This document shows, in pieces, positions 46,833 to 58,690 of a DNA stretch of 64,000 nt (the first letter of the stretch is position 1; each line of letters starts with the position of its first letter). The translations under genes were made by a program, and so were the position numbers. Under the pieces are notes generated by a model. It did no database searches. It had not been told where the DNA came from and saw nothing but the letters and a program-made list of their open reading frames with translations. Source of the stretch: Pocillopora damicornis (Eukaryota); NCBI RefSeq assembly GCF_003704095.1, contig NW_020844782.1:1-64000 (forward strand). Reading direction: 5' to 3'.

Positions 46833-47791
46833 ATTTAGAAAAAGGTACAGTTTCAAGTTAAGGCCCAGCAGCTATCTATGAAGTATTCGATTGCTTTTTG
46901 AAATGATGCGAAGCAAGTTAAGTATTTTTGCTGGACCTCTTTTACCTTTTAGAATGTCTTTCTCGTGTCGGTTTGTAAATTTGTGAAAAATGTATCATAG
47001 TGGTAATCTGACATGCGATTAAAAAAACACCCATGTTTCCCGGATTCCTTGTGTCAGTCATGTGGTAAGAAAAACGAAAAACTAGTGACTGTTGAGACAA
47101 CGATGGAAGAGGCATTTTCAATGTGAGAGGAAAATTTATAACAGGTATTGCAGATTTTTGCCCGCCGGAATCTTCCACAAATGTCTCATTGTTCTATAAA
47201 TCCAAAAGTTAGTAGGCAGTTCCCAATGCTAATAGCAAATGCGTTAACTGTGCTCCGTGGTGAAGACTGTTGATCAGGATTTCGTCCAAAGTGTGTCCGG
47301 AGGTGGGTCCAAGAATTTTCGCTAAGGGACCAAAATGACTTCTCGATCAAAGCACGCATCCACTTGTATCCCCCCCTTCTTCCCCCTTTCCCTCTCCCCC
47401 CCCCCCCTTTTTTCCCCTCTCTGCATTGCTATATAGCACCTCGGCTAGATCCAACTTGGCAGCTCTGCGGTTTCTGAGTGAAAAAATATAAAATATAAAT
47501 GAGTGAAAAATGAAAAAAACAACAAATGGAAAAGGTTAAATCCTAGAATTTGTTAAAACCCACCTATCAAGGTTATTATTATCATTTATTGTATTCTATT
47601 TAGTTATTTATTTTTTGTTGGAAGCCTTTACTTCCTCCTTTGTTGACGGATCACCTCATAATTCCAAAGATTTTGCCCGCCAAAATTTCATGTTGGACCT
47701 TGGTAACCCGGCCAGTCATCGAATTCAACATGGCCGACTAATACCTAAATTGTAAAGATTCGAAGGGTAACAAGATCTTTAGAAACATGCT

Positions 47792-49885
47792 ATGGATAAG
47801 TTCGTCATTCGAACTAAACGTTCTCCTAGACCTGAGAGGAAAATTACCGAGACAGCGAACAGGAAGAAGCAACCAACGATTGAAAGCCTAGCGGTAAACA
47901 ATTGAATTATCTGCTTCGTTACTAAGCTTCGATATCCTTATGCTTCTTTAACAATTTTTCTAATGCCGTTTGTGAAAGTAAATTGGTAGTGCACTGCTTA
48001 ACATTAGAGTCTAAATAAGCCAGGAAATAACAATTAATCTCCCTTTCATACATAACTCTAAATTTACTTCAGATATCAAAGTTAAGGTTGCTTATTGTAT
48101 TTCCTAGTCACGTATGTATGGGTAATAAGATGATTTATAATGGTTATAGGACCGAGCGGAGTCCAATACGTACACTGTCCTATTAGTCCTCAAATCGAGT
48201 CGGCGAGAACCTATCACGATCAAGAATTGTGTTGTAGTTTTGGTTATGTGTGCAATTTGGTGTTAGTAAGTATGAATAAATTTTTCAAAGACAACGAAAT
48301 TGCACGAACTGGTAAGGCCAGTGCAATTTTTAGTCTTTGAACAATTTTTCAATTGCTTATTACACCAAATTGGAAGAGAAACCATGCTATTAGGTTAGTG
48401 TTCGCACACTATTTGTAATTTACACTCATTTTAAAACTTTGCACTCATGTTACATGAGAATTAATGCACTCATTTTCCAGCCAATCATAAGTGCATAAGT
48501 TTTTCATGTACATTATTAGCTGAATTACGCATATATTTTGATTGGTTCTGATGATCTATCGGAGGACAGACCCATAGATGAAGTCATCATTAACCCTTTA
48601 CACCCTAAAATCAGTATACATATTCTCCATACTGTTCATTATACATTTCCTAAGGTGCTGACAAGGAGAATTTGTTTACCAGTCAAAAGGTTCTTTCATT
48701 GTTGATCATTTCCTTTATTCTCATGACCTTAACATGTGATTCAGGAGTGATAATGTAGGGAGAAATTTGATGCTGGTCACTCTCAGGGTTAAAGAGTTTA
48801 TCTTTTTTTTGTTATATTAAACAAATGGATTTTGTGTTGTCATGGGTTTGTACAGTAATAGATCACAGAAGACATCAAAATGTTGATGTCATCTGATCAG
48901 ACTAACAACAACACTGAATCTTTCTCTTAATTCTTTAAGAGTGTGGTTGTAGTGGAAGAAATCCAGCGTCTCAAGCTTGAATTAGAGAATGAAGTTTCCA
49001 CACCAGAGACAATTTTGTCAGCACTAAAAGTCTTGGGCAAAAAGAATTTGTCAAAAGAAGTGTTAATGTCCACCAAAGTTGGACACACAGTAAATCGTCT
49101 GCGACGGCAGGGAAGTACTGAGGAGATAAGGCAACAAGCAAAGGTTGTATTCAGGAGATGGAGACAGTTTGTAACAGACTTGGAGAAGGAGAAACCCTTG
49201 ATAGAGGTTCGCTGTGACAAGAAGACTGAAGCATTAAGAGGAAAAGGGAGGCAACTGATTTCTGATGCTCTGCAAATGACAGTATGATTAAAGTTGTTTG
49301 TATATTTAGTTTATTACTGTAATGTGACATCTATTTTCAGAGTCACTTAATAAACATGAAAAACCTCTTCAATTAAAGAAAATAAGAGAGGCTCTTGATT
49401 GTCAAACAAATTCTCCTTGTCAGCACCTTGGGAAATGCATAGAGAACAGTATGATGAATACGCATATTGATGTTAGTGTGTAAAAAGGGTCAAGACATTC
49501 GTGAGTTGTCAGAAAAACCTTTTCAAATTTCAGTAGTTCTTTACAGCCTGGTTGAGAATTTGATTCTTTACTTGATTGATAACTTCCTTTCCTTATATTT
49601 CAGCCATCAGAAAATTTAGTTCTCTATAACCTGTTTGAGAATTTGATTCTTCACTTGATCACTGACTCTCCTTTCCTTGTATTTCAGCCATCAGAAAATT
49701 TACCAGAACTTATTGAGAGAACTGTGTTCCATACCTATGGTAGACTTATAAATAATACCTACAAGAGGAAGATGCGTTCTTTGGTTTTCATCCTTAAACA
49801 CAGGGATTCCATCCGAGAGAAGGTTGTCACTGGAGAAATATCAGTTAAGAAGCTTGTTTCATCCTCTGTAGAGCAGCTCACCTAA
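47792..49885 (+). CDS. TCEANC2: Transcription elongation factor A N-terminal and central domain-containing protein 2
   Basis: Exons 47792-47893 (MDKFVIRT...QPTIESL), 48940-49281 (VVVVEEI..TKVGHTVNRLRR..IEVRCDKKTE.LR), 49688-49885 (IERTVFH..RLIN..YKRKMRSLVFILKHR); matches TCEANC2 motifs. Confidence 0.93.
48590..48800. mobile_element. TTAA-flanked MITE in TCEANC2 intron 1
   Basis: TTAA-CCCTTTACACCCTAA ... CAGGGTTAAAGAGTTTA; full-length family member. Confidence 0.8.
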
Positions 49886-50787
49886 AAAATTTACAACTTG
49901 GTCGTTTATCATGTTGGACAAACAGTATTTATATTTATGTTGAATAAACACACATTTTTTTTAATAATGCAGGACTTGGACAAAGGGAATATATCATAAT
50001 TTTTTTCCTATATTTTATTATGTTATTAAATACAAATAGTATGAAATATTTAAAGATTAAAAGTGAGACTCAATTTCTGACACAAAATGTCTCCTACAGA
50101 TGTAGTTGCAGTAAGCAGTTTACTCACAATACAATGCAATGCAATAATTTTGGATGTGTTTAATACAATAAATTGTTTATTATCATGGTCCTTTAAGTGC
50201 TAAATTGATTTGGATTTGCATTTTTTGAAGACTGCTTAAGGAAAGTGGTAGAAAGGAGAGCTGGGCCTCAATTTGTTGACCTAAGATTTTAGTCAAGTTG
50301 CATGCCTTGCATGTTGGCGATTGGCACAATCGTTCACGTTAGGTACCGTGTGATTATGCAAGATCAGTCTTTTTCTTGTATGGAAATATCAGAGCTAGAG
50401 GGAAAGGAAGGGGTGGTCATAATGTAAATGACCCTGACTTTTTTTGGGGCGGAGGGGGGAGATCACATGGTTCTCAGGGAAACGGAGTATGAAAGGGGGG
50501 GGGGGGGGACTACAGAGAAATGACAGCCAATGAGAAGGGATCATCAGAATACTATGGAGCCTTATGGGGAATCAGGGAATATTCATCGTGACACAACCAA
50601 AATCCTCCCATCCATCCCCAAACAGTGTTCGATTCGTATTGATAGGGTTGCAAAATCGAGAAACAAGACGTTATGTCATTCATTGTAAGCTGGAAATGTT
50701 TGTGTAGCTAAGAAATTCGATTCCTAATCCTATACAGCAAATGTAAACTAGCACACAACTCGATTAGATTTTTTATTTCCACACGGA

Positions 50788-51101
50788 TCAGAAAGCACAA
50801 TGCAAATCATTTGGTAACCAGTAGTCTCCTCTCGGAGACAGCCGAGCAAATGAAAAATGGGTAACTCGCTGTCTCAAAGTCTTGACAATGGGGAGATAAA
50901 AGTTCACTTGTATCCCCTTAGTTACTACTTTCTTTCCCCTTAGTTGTCCAGTATTTGTCGTATCCTTTGCCTTCAATCCGCCTTTTTTATCATATCCACT
51001 TTTCTTACTTCTTGCGAGGTTGATTCTGTAGAGGCGCTGTTTACGTTGGCTTGCCCGACGTGAGTGACCCCGCTGGCCGAGTGCTACGTAGGACTCTGTA
51101 C
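50788..51101 (-). other. Orphan terminal-exon-like open frame (103 sense codons), product unknown
   Basis: Pyrimidine tract plus AG, then an open frame (G)TESYVALGQRGHSRR...RGDYWLPNDLHCAF*; no upstream exons or domain recognised. Confidence 0.25.
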
Positions 51102-51312
51102 CTCAATAAGAATTGAAAGAGTTAATAATCAGTCCATTATTTTTAACTGTAATTAACAGACGTCTTTCTTGTCTTTAATATTCGAATATTACCGAAGGAA
51201 AATCGTTATCGCGCCAAAAAACAGCAACAAAAAGAATCCAATCACTTGCCATATACATGACATCGTGCTTGAAACAAGAACAAGAAATTTAGGGGAATGT
51301 AGTATTATAGCC

Positions 51313-51648
51313 TGAGTTGATAACGTAAATTGGCCACCGTAAAGAGTCTAAAAGCTGACGTTTCGAACGTTAGCCCTCGCTAGAGCGATTGAAGGAATTG
51401 TAGGTTTTGTGTGGGTTTCTATACAGAAAATGGAGCTACGCTATTGGTGAGAATGTGGTGACGAGTAAACAAGAATAAATTAGTTAAATAAAAAGCGCTC
51501 GTTCATACCCTAAAGATTAAGAGTGCCGATCTAGAAGATAAATTTTTGCTCTGCAGTTTTGCTGCTTTCCAAATTACCGAGTTGTAAGGAAAGGCCGCAA
51601 ACTGCCATATGCTGCTTAGAATGATTAAGGATATTTAAGTGTCTAGCG
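51313..51648 (-). mobile_element. Penelope-like retroelement 3' remnant (GIY-YIG endonuclease C-terminus plus UTR with decayed hammerhead core)
   Basis: 51648-51480 translates ARHLNILNHSKQHMAVCGLSLQLGNLESSKTAEQKFIF*IGTLNL*GMNERFLFN* (PLE EN tail, two stops); the UTR carries CTAGCGAGGGCTAACGTTCGAAACGTCAGC. Confidence 0.8.
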
Positions 51649-52200
51649 AAACAGTTAAGATGAAAATGGCCTTACGACGTAACATCTTACACCTGTCGCC
51701 GTTTCGTTCCTAAGTCAAAACAGGTGCAGCACGTAGAGAACAAAAATTCAAACACTGTTATAATAACTTTGCATCTGTATTCTACATTAATTTTGAAATT
51801 GGACTTTTTCTCCCAGTTTGCCCAAGCTGATAACAATTCAGTGGCGTCCCAAGGTCACGACCAACTGATGATCGACTTTTGATAACCTATTACTGAAGGA
51901 TTATTTGAGTGAAGAAGTTTTTTTTTACGTTGTATTGTGAAATTAACCTATCACAAATACAGTCTTACTTTCCCCTCATTATTAATTCAAATTCGCGCAG
52001 AAAAACCGGCCTTTTTTCCTCTTTCGTGAGACACACCTCACAGCTTTTCATAGTCAGACGCTACAGATTAATTTTTCTCTCTGCAATTGCTACTAAAAAA
52101 AAAAAGGTTTACCTGATCTTGACTTTGAGGCTGCTGTTAAGAAAAAATATTCCTCGTTGTATCTAAGGATAACCTGCAAAAGAGTGGAAACGACAACAGG

Positions 52201-52346
52201 ATGATGGCGACAAAAAATATAACGGGAAGTGGAACACAGACGACAACATTTGAAGGATTGGAGTGCTCCCCGGTTTGGGTAGGTGAGTTAAAACAACAGT
52301 CCGTTTCATTCTCAGCAGTCAACGTTCTCCTCTCCATCACAGCAAC
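52201..52346 (+). CDS. 5' part of a GPCR paralog of 57325-58266; remainder in gap
   Basis: MMATKNITGSGTQTTTFEGLECSPVWVGELKQQSVSFSAVNVLLSITA runs into Ns; the upstream region is homologous to 58270-58590. Confidence 0.75.
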
Positions 52347-53789
52347 NNNNNNNNNNNNNNNNNNNNNNNNNNNNNNNNNNNNNNNNNNNNNNNNNNNNNN
52401 NNNNNNNNNNNNNNNNNNNNNNNNNNNNNNNNNNNNNNNNNNNNNNAGATATGCCATTTCATGATAAAAAAGGGTGAGGAAAAATATGAAGAGCTACCTT
52501 TAAATAGTACATTGTATTCGAATATTAATTATCACATGAATAACTAACAGGTGAAAAATTGTAGTTCAGTAGCCATAACAAAACATCAATATGTCTCCAA
52601 TTTTCGCATTTGTAATGAAGAAGTGAAGGCTATTTTTTCATTGAGTCAGAATGCGCTTAAGATTTTGCTTTGCGATCAAAACTTGATGAGATATGTCACC
52701 TTAGCTCATAGATATTGTTGAGCGATAACGAGCTTTTAACAGAGCCAGCCGCTCAATTTTGTAATCTGTTCAAATAAAGGGAAGGAAATGCTTAGAAAGA
52801 AGTTGATAATCTCTATTTCATATAGTTATCGTTTGAGACTAAACGTTTACCTGAGATCAATTTCGCAAATTATAACAGAAGAAGATTATAATAAGAAATT
52901 ATTAAAAAATAAGTCTAACATGGTGGATAAGTACCTGTTTTTCATTATTTTATCAATATCAACTAAGACTTTTTATCGAGTTGCCTCATGAGCCCACAAC
53001 ATTTTGACCACTGTGACGAAGAACATCGTTGTCGATAAAAACACAGACCACAATAAACCGTGGCCACGGTCGATTTGTTAAATGGAAAGTTTTCGCTAAC
53101 AGCACTGTTTATTACCAGAACCCACCTAATATATTAAACAACTGAAGAGGATTTTCAGAAAAAGAATTGTCCCAAGAGAAGGAGAATTTGTACAGTTAAT
53201 GGTGTTTGAAGTAAATTGTTCACTGTTAGATCTATTTTCAAACTTTTTAGGGCATAAAGGCATTATCTTAAAGTTCCTGTCAAGCGCGACACGTAGAGAA
53301 CAAAGAGAACATTAATTTTACATAGTTTTATGCAATCTAGTTTTCTATTTCCCAATACCAATAATGTTTACAAAAAAACTTTTACCTCCAACTAAGATAA
53401 TTCACGACGTCCTAATTTTGCATAAATTGTATCAAAAGTCGATAAATCACCTCATTAATGAAAGTCTATTTAAGTAAACAGGGTTTTTTTCTTGTCGTAT
53501 TGGGAAATAGTTCTATCACAAATATATATTTGCTTGCCGGGTGTTGCTGATTTAAATTCGCAGAAGAAACCTGGCCGCTTTTTTTTCCTTTTCTTGTAAC
53601 ACACTAGACAGCTTGTCTGTGCATTTTGCATAGTCAAACACTACTGATGAAGTCTCTATATAACTGTTATTCATGTACAAATTAAATTGATGTTTGACTG
53701 ATCTTGACTTGGAGGGTGCTGTTACGACGAAATATTCCTCGTTGTTACTATAGATAATCTGCATAAGAATGGAAATAACAAGAGGTTGT

Positions 53790-53885
53790 TGCCTTTTGCC
53801 TTTTAGACACTGTCTGGTGTCGCTAGTTTATGCTACATTTTAGACTTTACCAATAAGATATGTGGCTCGGCCGTATAATTACAGA
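53790..53885 (+). pseudogene. GPCR TM4-TM5 fragment behind a paralogous upstream region (53550-53780)
   Basis: AF*TLSGVASLCYILD/..MWLGRIIT; inverted homolog of 60585-60670. Confidence 0.6.
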
Positions 53886-53908
53886 GCAACTGTATAACAG
53901 TAATTATA

Positions 53909-55204
53909 GTTATAACAACATCCGCTTTTGATTCGTTAAAAAGAACCAATTATTTTTCACTTCAGGAAAGCCTCGCAAAATGATTCATCCTTGACCATCG
54001 TTCAAACTGATTTAAATTTGTGCCAGGGCTTTTTTTCTCGGAAAAATTCTGTCGCTGGAAAAAGGACGAGCATATGCACGAAAATTCTCGATATCACGTG
54101 AAGTGAACTGTTGACCCAATCGTGTCGTCGGGACCTATCGTCAGGTCCCCCCACCCTAAATTAAGTGATTACACAGTCTTTAAGTCACATTGTTCTTCTT
54201 CGCCGTTATCACACCTAACTGAACGATCCTAGGGTTCCTGAACAAGTAGAAGTATTTTTTTTTATTTCTTATTTTCAATTTTTTTTTTTCTAGATTCAGA
54301 GACGCTTCCTGAAGTATGGAAACTTTTATAGTTTGATAGAATATACATAGGTTCTTTCTCTTTGTCAGAGAATGAGACTCTCCACATTTTTCAAATGTTA
54401 CCGTATCCGATTTTTGCATCTTTATCTTGACTATATCAACAATTTATAGTGTTTGATGTAAGTTTTTGGATGTGTTAGGTTTTATCTTGCCACATTAAAG
54501 AGCCTGTTTGGAGACTAAGGTAGAGTTATTTTATTTAGTTGTCCAGTGGGCCGCACAGTCCCACGTGATCGCAGAAGCACCTGTCTGTTTGTTTGTTTGT
54601 TTTTCGGCTGTTATCGTTGAGAACTCGAAATCCCCAGTGAATTTATACGTTGTTTTTTTCTGTTCAGGAAGCCTCGCAGAACTCGTATGTACTTAGACAA
54701 ACTCTGAATTTGATATTTTTAGAAAACACTGCGGTTTCTTTTTTTGTGTGAATGTGTTTGTCCTAGTTTTACCGTAGGTCTGCCAGCCTACACTTAAAAT
54801 ACTCGGAGAGCCTAAACAAGATTTACAATAAACGTATTTGAGAATTGATTCGTCGGGCTGTCTGTACATTTCCCAAATGACTGATTTCGCCATCTTTTGC
54901 CGATCTGGAATGAAAGCGATCTTCGCAGTAATGCACAGTTCTTGAGCAGTAGTAAAAATGAGACCTTAAAAAAACAACAACAAAAAAATTCAGACTTGAC
55001 CCGGCGCTCCATCAACTGAGCAACCAGCTAACTGGGAAATGTTCATTATGTTTGTTTCAAATACACCCGTGAAGTGATTAATAAATGACTGTGAATATAT
55101 GAAAATCATACATGCGAACTGCGGATGAAGTCGTGAATGAGAGCGATCATCGTGAATGAAAACGATCTTCGCAGTAATGTACCGGCGATCGCCGATCTCT
55201 AGAA
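53909..55204 (+). repeat. Inverted, diverged duplicate of 1865-3182 (last ~8 codons and 3' flank of the Tctex-1-domain gene)
   Basis: Collinear reverse-complement match, e.g. GTTATAACAACATCCGCTTTTGATTCGTTAAAAAGAACCAATTATTTTTCAC versus the Tctex stop region; CTCGATATCACGTGAAGTGA; ACACAGTCTTTAAGTCACATTGTTCTTCTTCG; GTTTTACCGTAGGTCTGCCAGCCTACA. Confidence 0.92.
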
Positions 55205-55311
55205 AACAACANNNNNNNNNNNNNNNNNNNNNNNNNNNNNNNNNNNNNNNNNNNNNNNNNNNNNNNNNNNNNNNNNNNNNNNNNNNNNNNNNNNNNNNNN
55301 NNNNNNNNNNN

Positions 55312-55418
55312 GAAACGGACTGTTGTTTAAACTCACCTACCCAAACCAAGGAGCATTCCGATCCTTCAAACGTTTCCGTCTGTGTTTCATTTCCCGTTAT
55401 ATTTGTCATCGCCGTCAT
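55312..55418 (-). CDS. 5' fragment of another GPCR paralog; remainder in gap
   Basis: MTAMTNITGNETQTETFEGSECSLVWVGEFKQQSV runs into Ns; upstream 55420-55950 is homologous to 58270-58820. Confidence 0.7.
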
Positions 55419-57324
55419 CTTGCTGTCGTTTTACCCCTTTGTACGTTATCCTCAGTTACAACGGGGAATATTTTGTCTTAACAGCGCCCTTTAATTCAAG
55501 ATCAGTTAAAATTTAGTTTTGAATAGCAATTGCAGCGAGTAAAAACTTGTCAGTAGCGTCTGACTTTGTAAAACGCCCGAAAGCTGTGAGGTTTGTGGCA
55601 CGAAAGAGGAAAAAAAGCCGATTTTTCTGCGCGAATTTGAATTAGTAATAAGGGGAAAGTAAAACTGCATTTATGATAGGTTAATTTCCTTACAAAACAT
55701 AAGAAAAAAAAAACTTCTTTACTCAAGTAAACCTTCAGTGATGGATATCGAAAGTCGACCGATAGTTGGTCGATAGTCGACAAATTGCCGCCGGCCGACG
55801 CCTTGATCAATTCAGCGGCTGACGTGTTGTTTGGATAGGAATTGTTCCCTTATCCGGATAATTAATGTACGTGATCTTGAGACGCCATGCATTGTTAACA
55901 GCTTAAGAAAACTTAGAATTGAAGTCCAATTTAAAAATTACATTGTTTACTTAATAAAAAATTCAGTAAGATGAATTAAATTTTTTGTGTTAGTAATTAT
56001 TTGATTGCAAAACATTACCGTAATAAAAATTAAAGTTGTTATGTATACGACAGATGATTGCATTTATTTTGTCTCTCGATTCCTCATTCTAGGTTTTAGT
56101 CTCTTGTATTCTGCATCACAGCTTTTTTTTTGCCAGCTTATTGAGTGATAACACAGCCTGTTTGAGGCGTTCAGCTAGCAAAACAAAGTGCCCAGTTAAC
56201 GGCGCGATAGTCACGGCGGAGCAAAAAAAGAGTGGGGCTTGGGTCGAGTCGGGTAAAGAACGGCGTTCACCCGACCCGATCCGACCCAACACTCCCCCGT
56301 TTTATTACTCTATTGTGGGTATCGTGCCGTATACCATTTCGCCCCGTTTTACTAAATGAATGCTTGGAAAAGGATGGTGATAACAACAGCAACTAAATAT
56401 GAGCTCTACTTAAAGAGAAATGTTTAACAGCCTGGGACATTCTACATCATTTTATTATATTCTAATAAAAGATCAGTTTCAGCTTGGTTTGCCTGGCTTA
56501 GCTCATGACTCAGCAAGACAATAAATAAACAAATATTTTTAGAGTCTTTTGAAGTATTTTAGAACATAAGTCTACGATATCCAGAAATCGCGGTCGGAAA
56601 TCATTTCGATTGATAAATAATTCTGAACTTTTAAACATCACTGACCAAATTTATTTGATTCTTGTTTTATCTATGAGATATACCTTCATTTGTGACATTT
56701 ATGGCAACCCTAACTTTTTTTTATATTATTTACTCATCAAAAAATTTGCGCACAACCTGTTATTTATTCCTTGATATTCGCAACAGTCCTGAGGACGAAA
56801 GGGAAGCGTTAAAGGAAACCACACAAAAGAGGTTAGAACGAAGTAGTTTTTAAACTTAAGACCTATTCCTTCAATTACACTTATTCATGTTTTCAGAACT
56901 TTAATGACATAAATCATTCTTTGATCATCAGATGAAATTCAAGCGCGGAAATGATCCTTGCAGCGGTGAGCTGTCATACAAACCATTTTAATTGGGAGCA
57001 ATGGTAGATACTCAAGAGCGCGTGTTAGCATTTTTCGCTCTTGATTGTCATTATATGAAAATGTGTTTTCATAAGACCAGCTGTGTGTACACAGCCTGTG
57101 ACAGAGTCACGTAATCTTCTTGAATATTCGAGTTTGGTAATAAAGGTGCTTTTAAAATTAACAGTAAAGAAACGGGTTTTAAGTCGAGTTAAAGAAAACT
57201 AATACATTCGCCATGCCCCTGATTATGATGAAATTCGATAATCGGTTTTAACTCAAAGATATCACAATTTCCAAATACGTTATAGAAAAGCAGTACATGC
57301 CAGTGTTAAACTATAGGTCTACCG

Positions 57325-58266
57325 CTATGCGTAGCAGATTGCTTGTCGGATTGTCTGCTTTACTGCTCGTCTCACTTCACTTATATTCCAGCAGTAAAGG
57401 AACGGGTTCAAAGTAGAGTTAAATAACACTAAGACATTTGCCACTCCATTGATTATACTGAAATTCGAAAATCGATTTTTACCTAGAGAGATCCTAATTT
57501 CCACTGTAAATTGTGGAATATAACAGACAGCTAAAGCTAACTGCACCCATAGTGCACTGTATACTGCCTTTCTGTATCGCGCCATGTTCAGAGCATTTGG
57601 TTGGCTCGGCTGTTGTTGAACATGATTTTGTATTTGAGCCTGATGATGACTGAGAGCGCGGAAAATCTTTGCGTACGAGGCGATTGAAATTACTAAGCAA
57701 GATGGTGTAATTATAAAGCTACACCAAAGGCTTATACGGTAACTGAGATGTGTGAATAAACCAGCGATTACACATACAACCCAAACGATGGCTAAAATGA
57801 TATGCGTGCGCTTCAAAGTTACAATCTCTCTGTATCTCAGTCCCAACAACATGGCGAGAAGTCGGTCCACGCTTATAGCCGTCATCGTTAACAAAGACAC
57901 TCCACATAACGCATAGCTTGATATGTACGATGCGTCCCTTGCGTATCGACAAAGACTCCAGTGTTCGTGAACCACGGATATCCAGTAGGTAGCATAGAGA
58001 GGCTGGGTAACAAGACCAACCAACAGATCAGTTGTTGCCAGACAACGATATAAGAGTTTGGATGGCGGATGGAGGGAAGATTCCTTGTGAAGGGCAACAA
58101 GAATGATACAATTCCCAAGAGTTGCTGTGATGGAGAGGAAAATGTTGATTGTTAGGAATGAAAGGGACTGTTGTTTTGACTCACCTACCCACAACGGGGA
58201 GCATAGCAATCTTTGAAATGTGTTCGTCTGTGTTCCACCTCCCGTTACATTTGTTGTCGCCATCAT
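57325..58266 (-). CDS. Intact intronless class A GPCR (melanocortin/adenosine-receptor-like anthozoan-expanded family), 313 aa
   Basis: LGNCIILVALHKESSLHPPSKLLYRCLATTDL, SVDRLLA, VCYIP, NSTLNPFLYCW. Confidence 0.93.
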   Translation of the reverse strand: MMATTNVTGGGTQTNTFQRLLCSPLWVGESKQQSLSFLTINIFLSITATLGNCIILVALHKESSLHPPSKLLYRCLATTDLLVGLVTQPLYATYWISVVHEHWSLCRYARDASYISSYALCGVSLLTMTAISVDRLLAMLLGLRYREIVTLKRTHIILAIVWVVCVIAGLFTHLSYRISLWCSFIITPSCLVISIASYAKIFRALSHHQAQIQNHVQQQPSQPNALNMARYRKAVYSALWVQLALAVCYIPQFTVEIRISLGKNRFSNFSIINGVANVLVLFNSTLNPFLYCWNISEVRRAVKQTIRQAICYA

Positions 58267-58590
58267 CCTGCTGTCGTTTCCACTCTTTTACAGGCTATCC
58301 TTAGCTACAAACAAGGGATATTTCGTTCTAACAGCTCCCTTCAAGTCAAGATCAGTCAAACCTTAGTTTTTGAATAGCAATCACAGAGAGTAAAAATTCA
58401 TCAGTAGCGCCTGACTATGTAAAATTCCCGAAAGCTGTGAGGTTGTCACACGAAAGAGAAAAAAAAAGGCACCTTTTCTGCGCGAATTTGAATTAATAAT
58501 AAGGGGGAAGTAAAACTGCATTTGTGATAGGTTAATTTCACAATACAACAGAAAAACCTCTTCACCTAGATAAGCATTCAGTGATAGGAT

Positions 58591-58690
58591 ACCGACAGTC
58601 GACCGACGGTCGACCGACAGTCGACCGACAGTCGACCGACAGTCGACCGATTGTCGGCCGACGCTTTGACCAACGCATTGGCCGACGTGT
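58591..58690. repeat. 11-bp tandem repeat ACCGACAGTCG x6 plus degenerate units
   Basis: Direct reading; GTCGAC palindromes at unit junctions; ~325 bp upstream of the GPCR ATG. Confidence 0.9.

Noticed and set aside
1865-55204. Giant transposon (Maverick/Polinton-like) bounded by 1.3-kb TIRs
   Set aside because: The inverted repeat begins inside a host CDS, the interior holds intron-containing housekeeping genes (YJU2B, TCEANC2), and no integrase, polymerase, capsid or TSD is seen.
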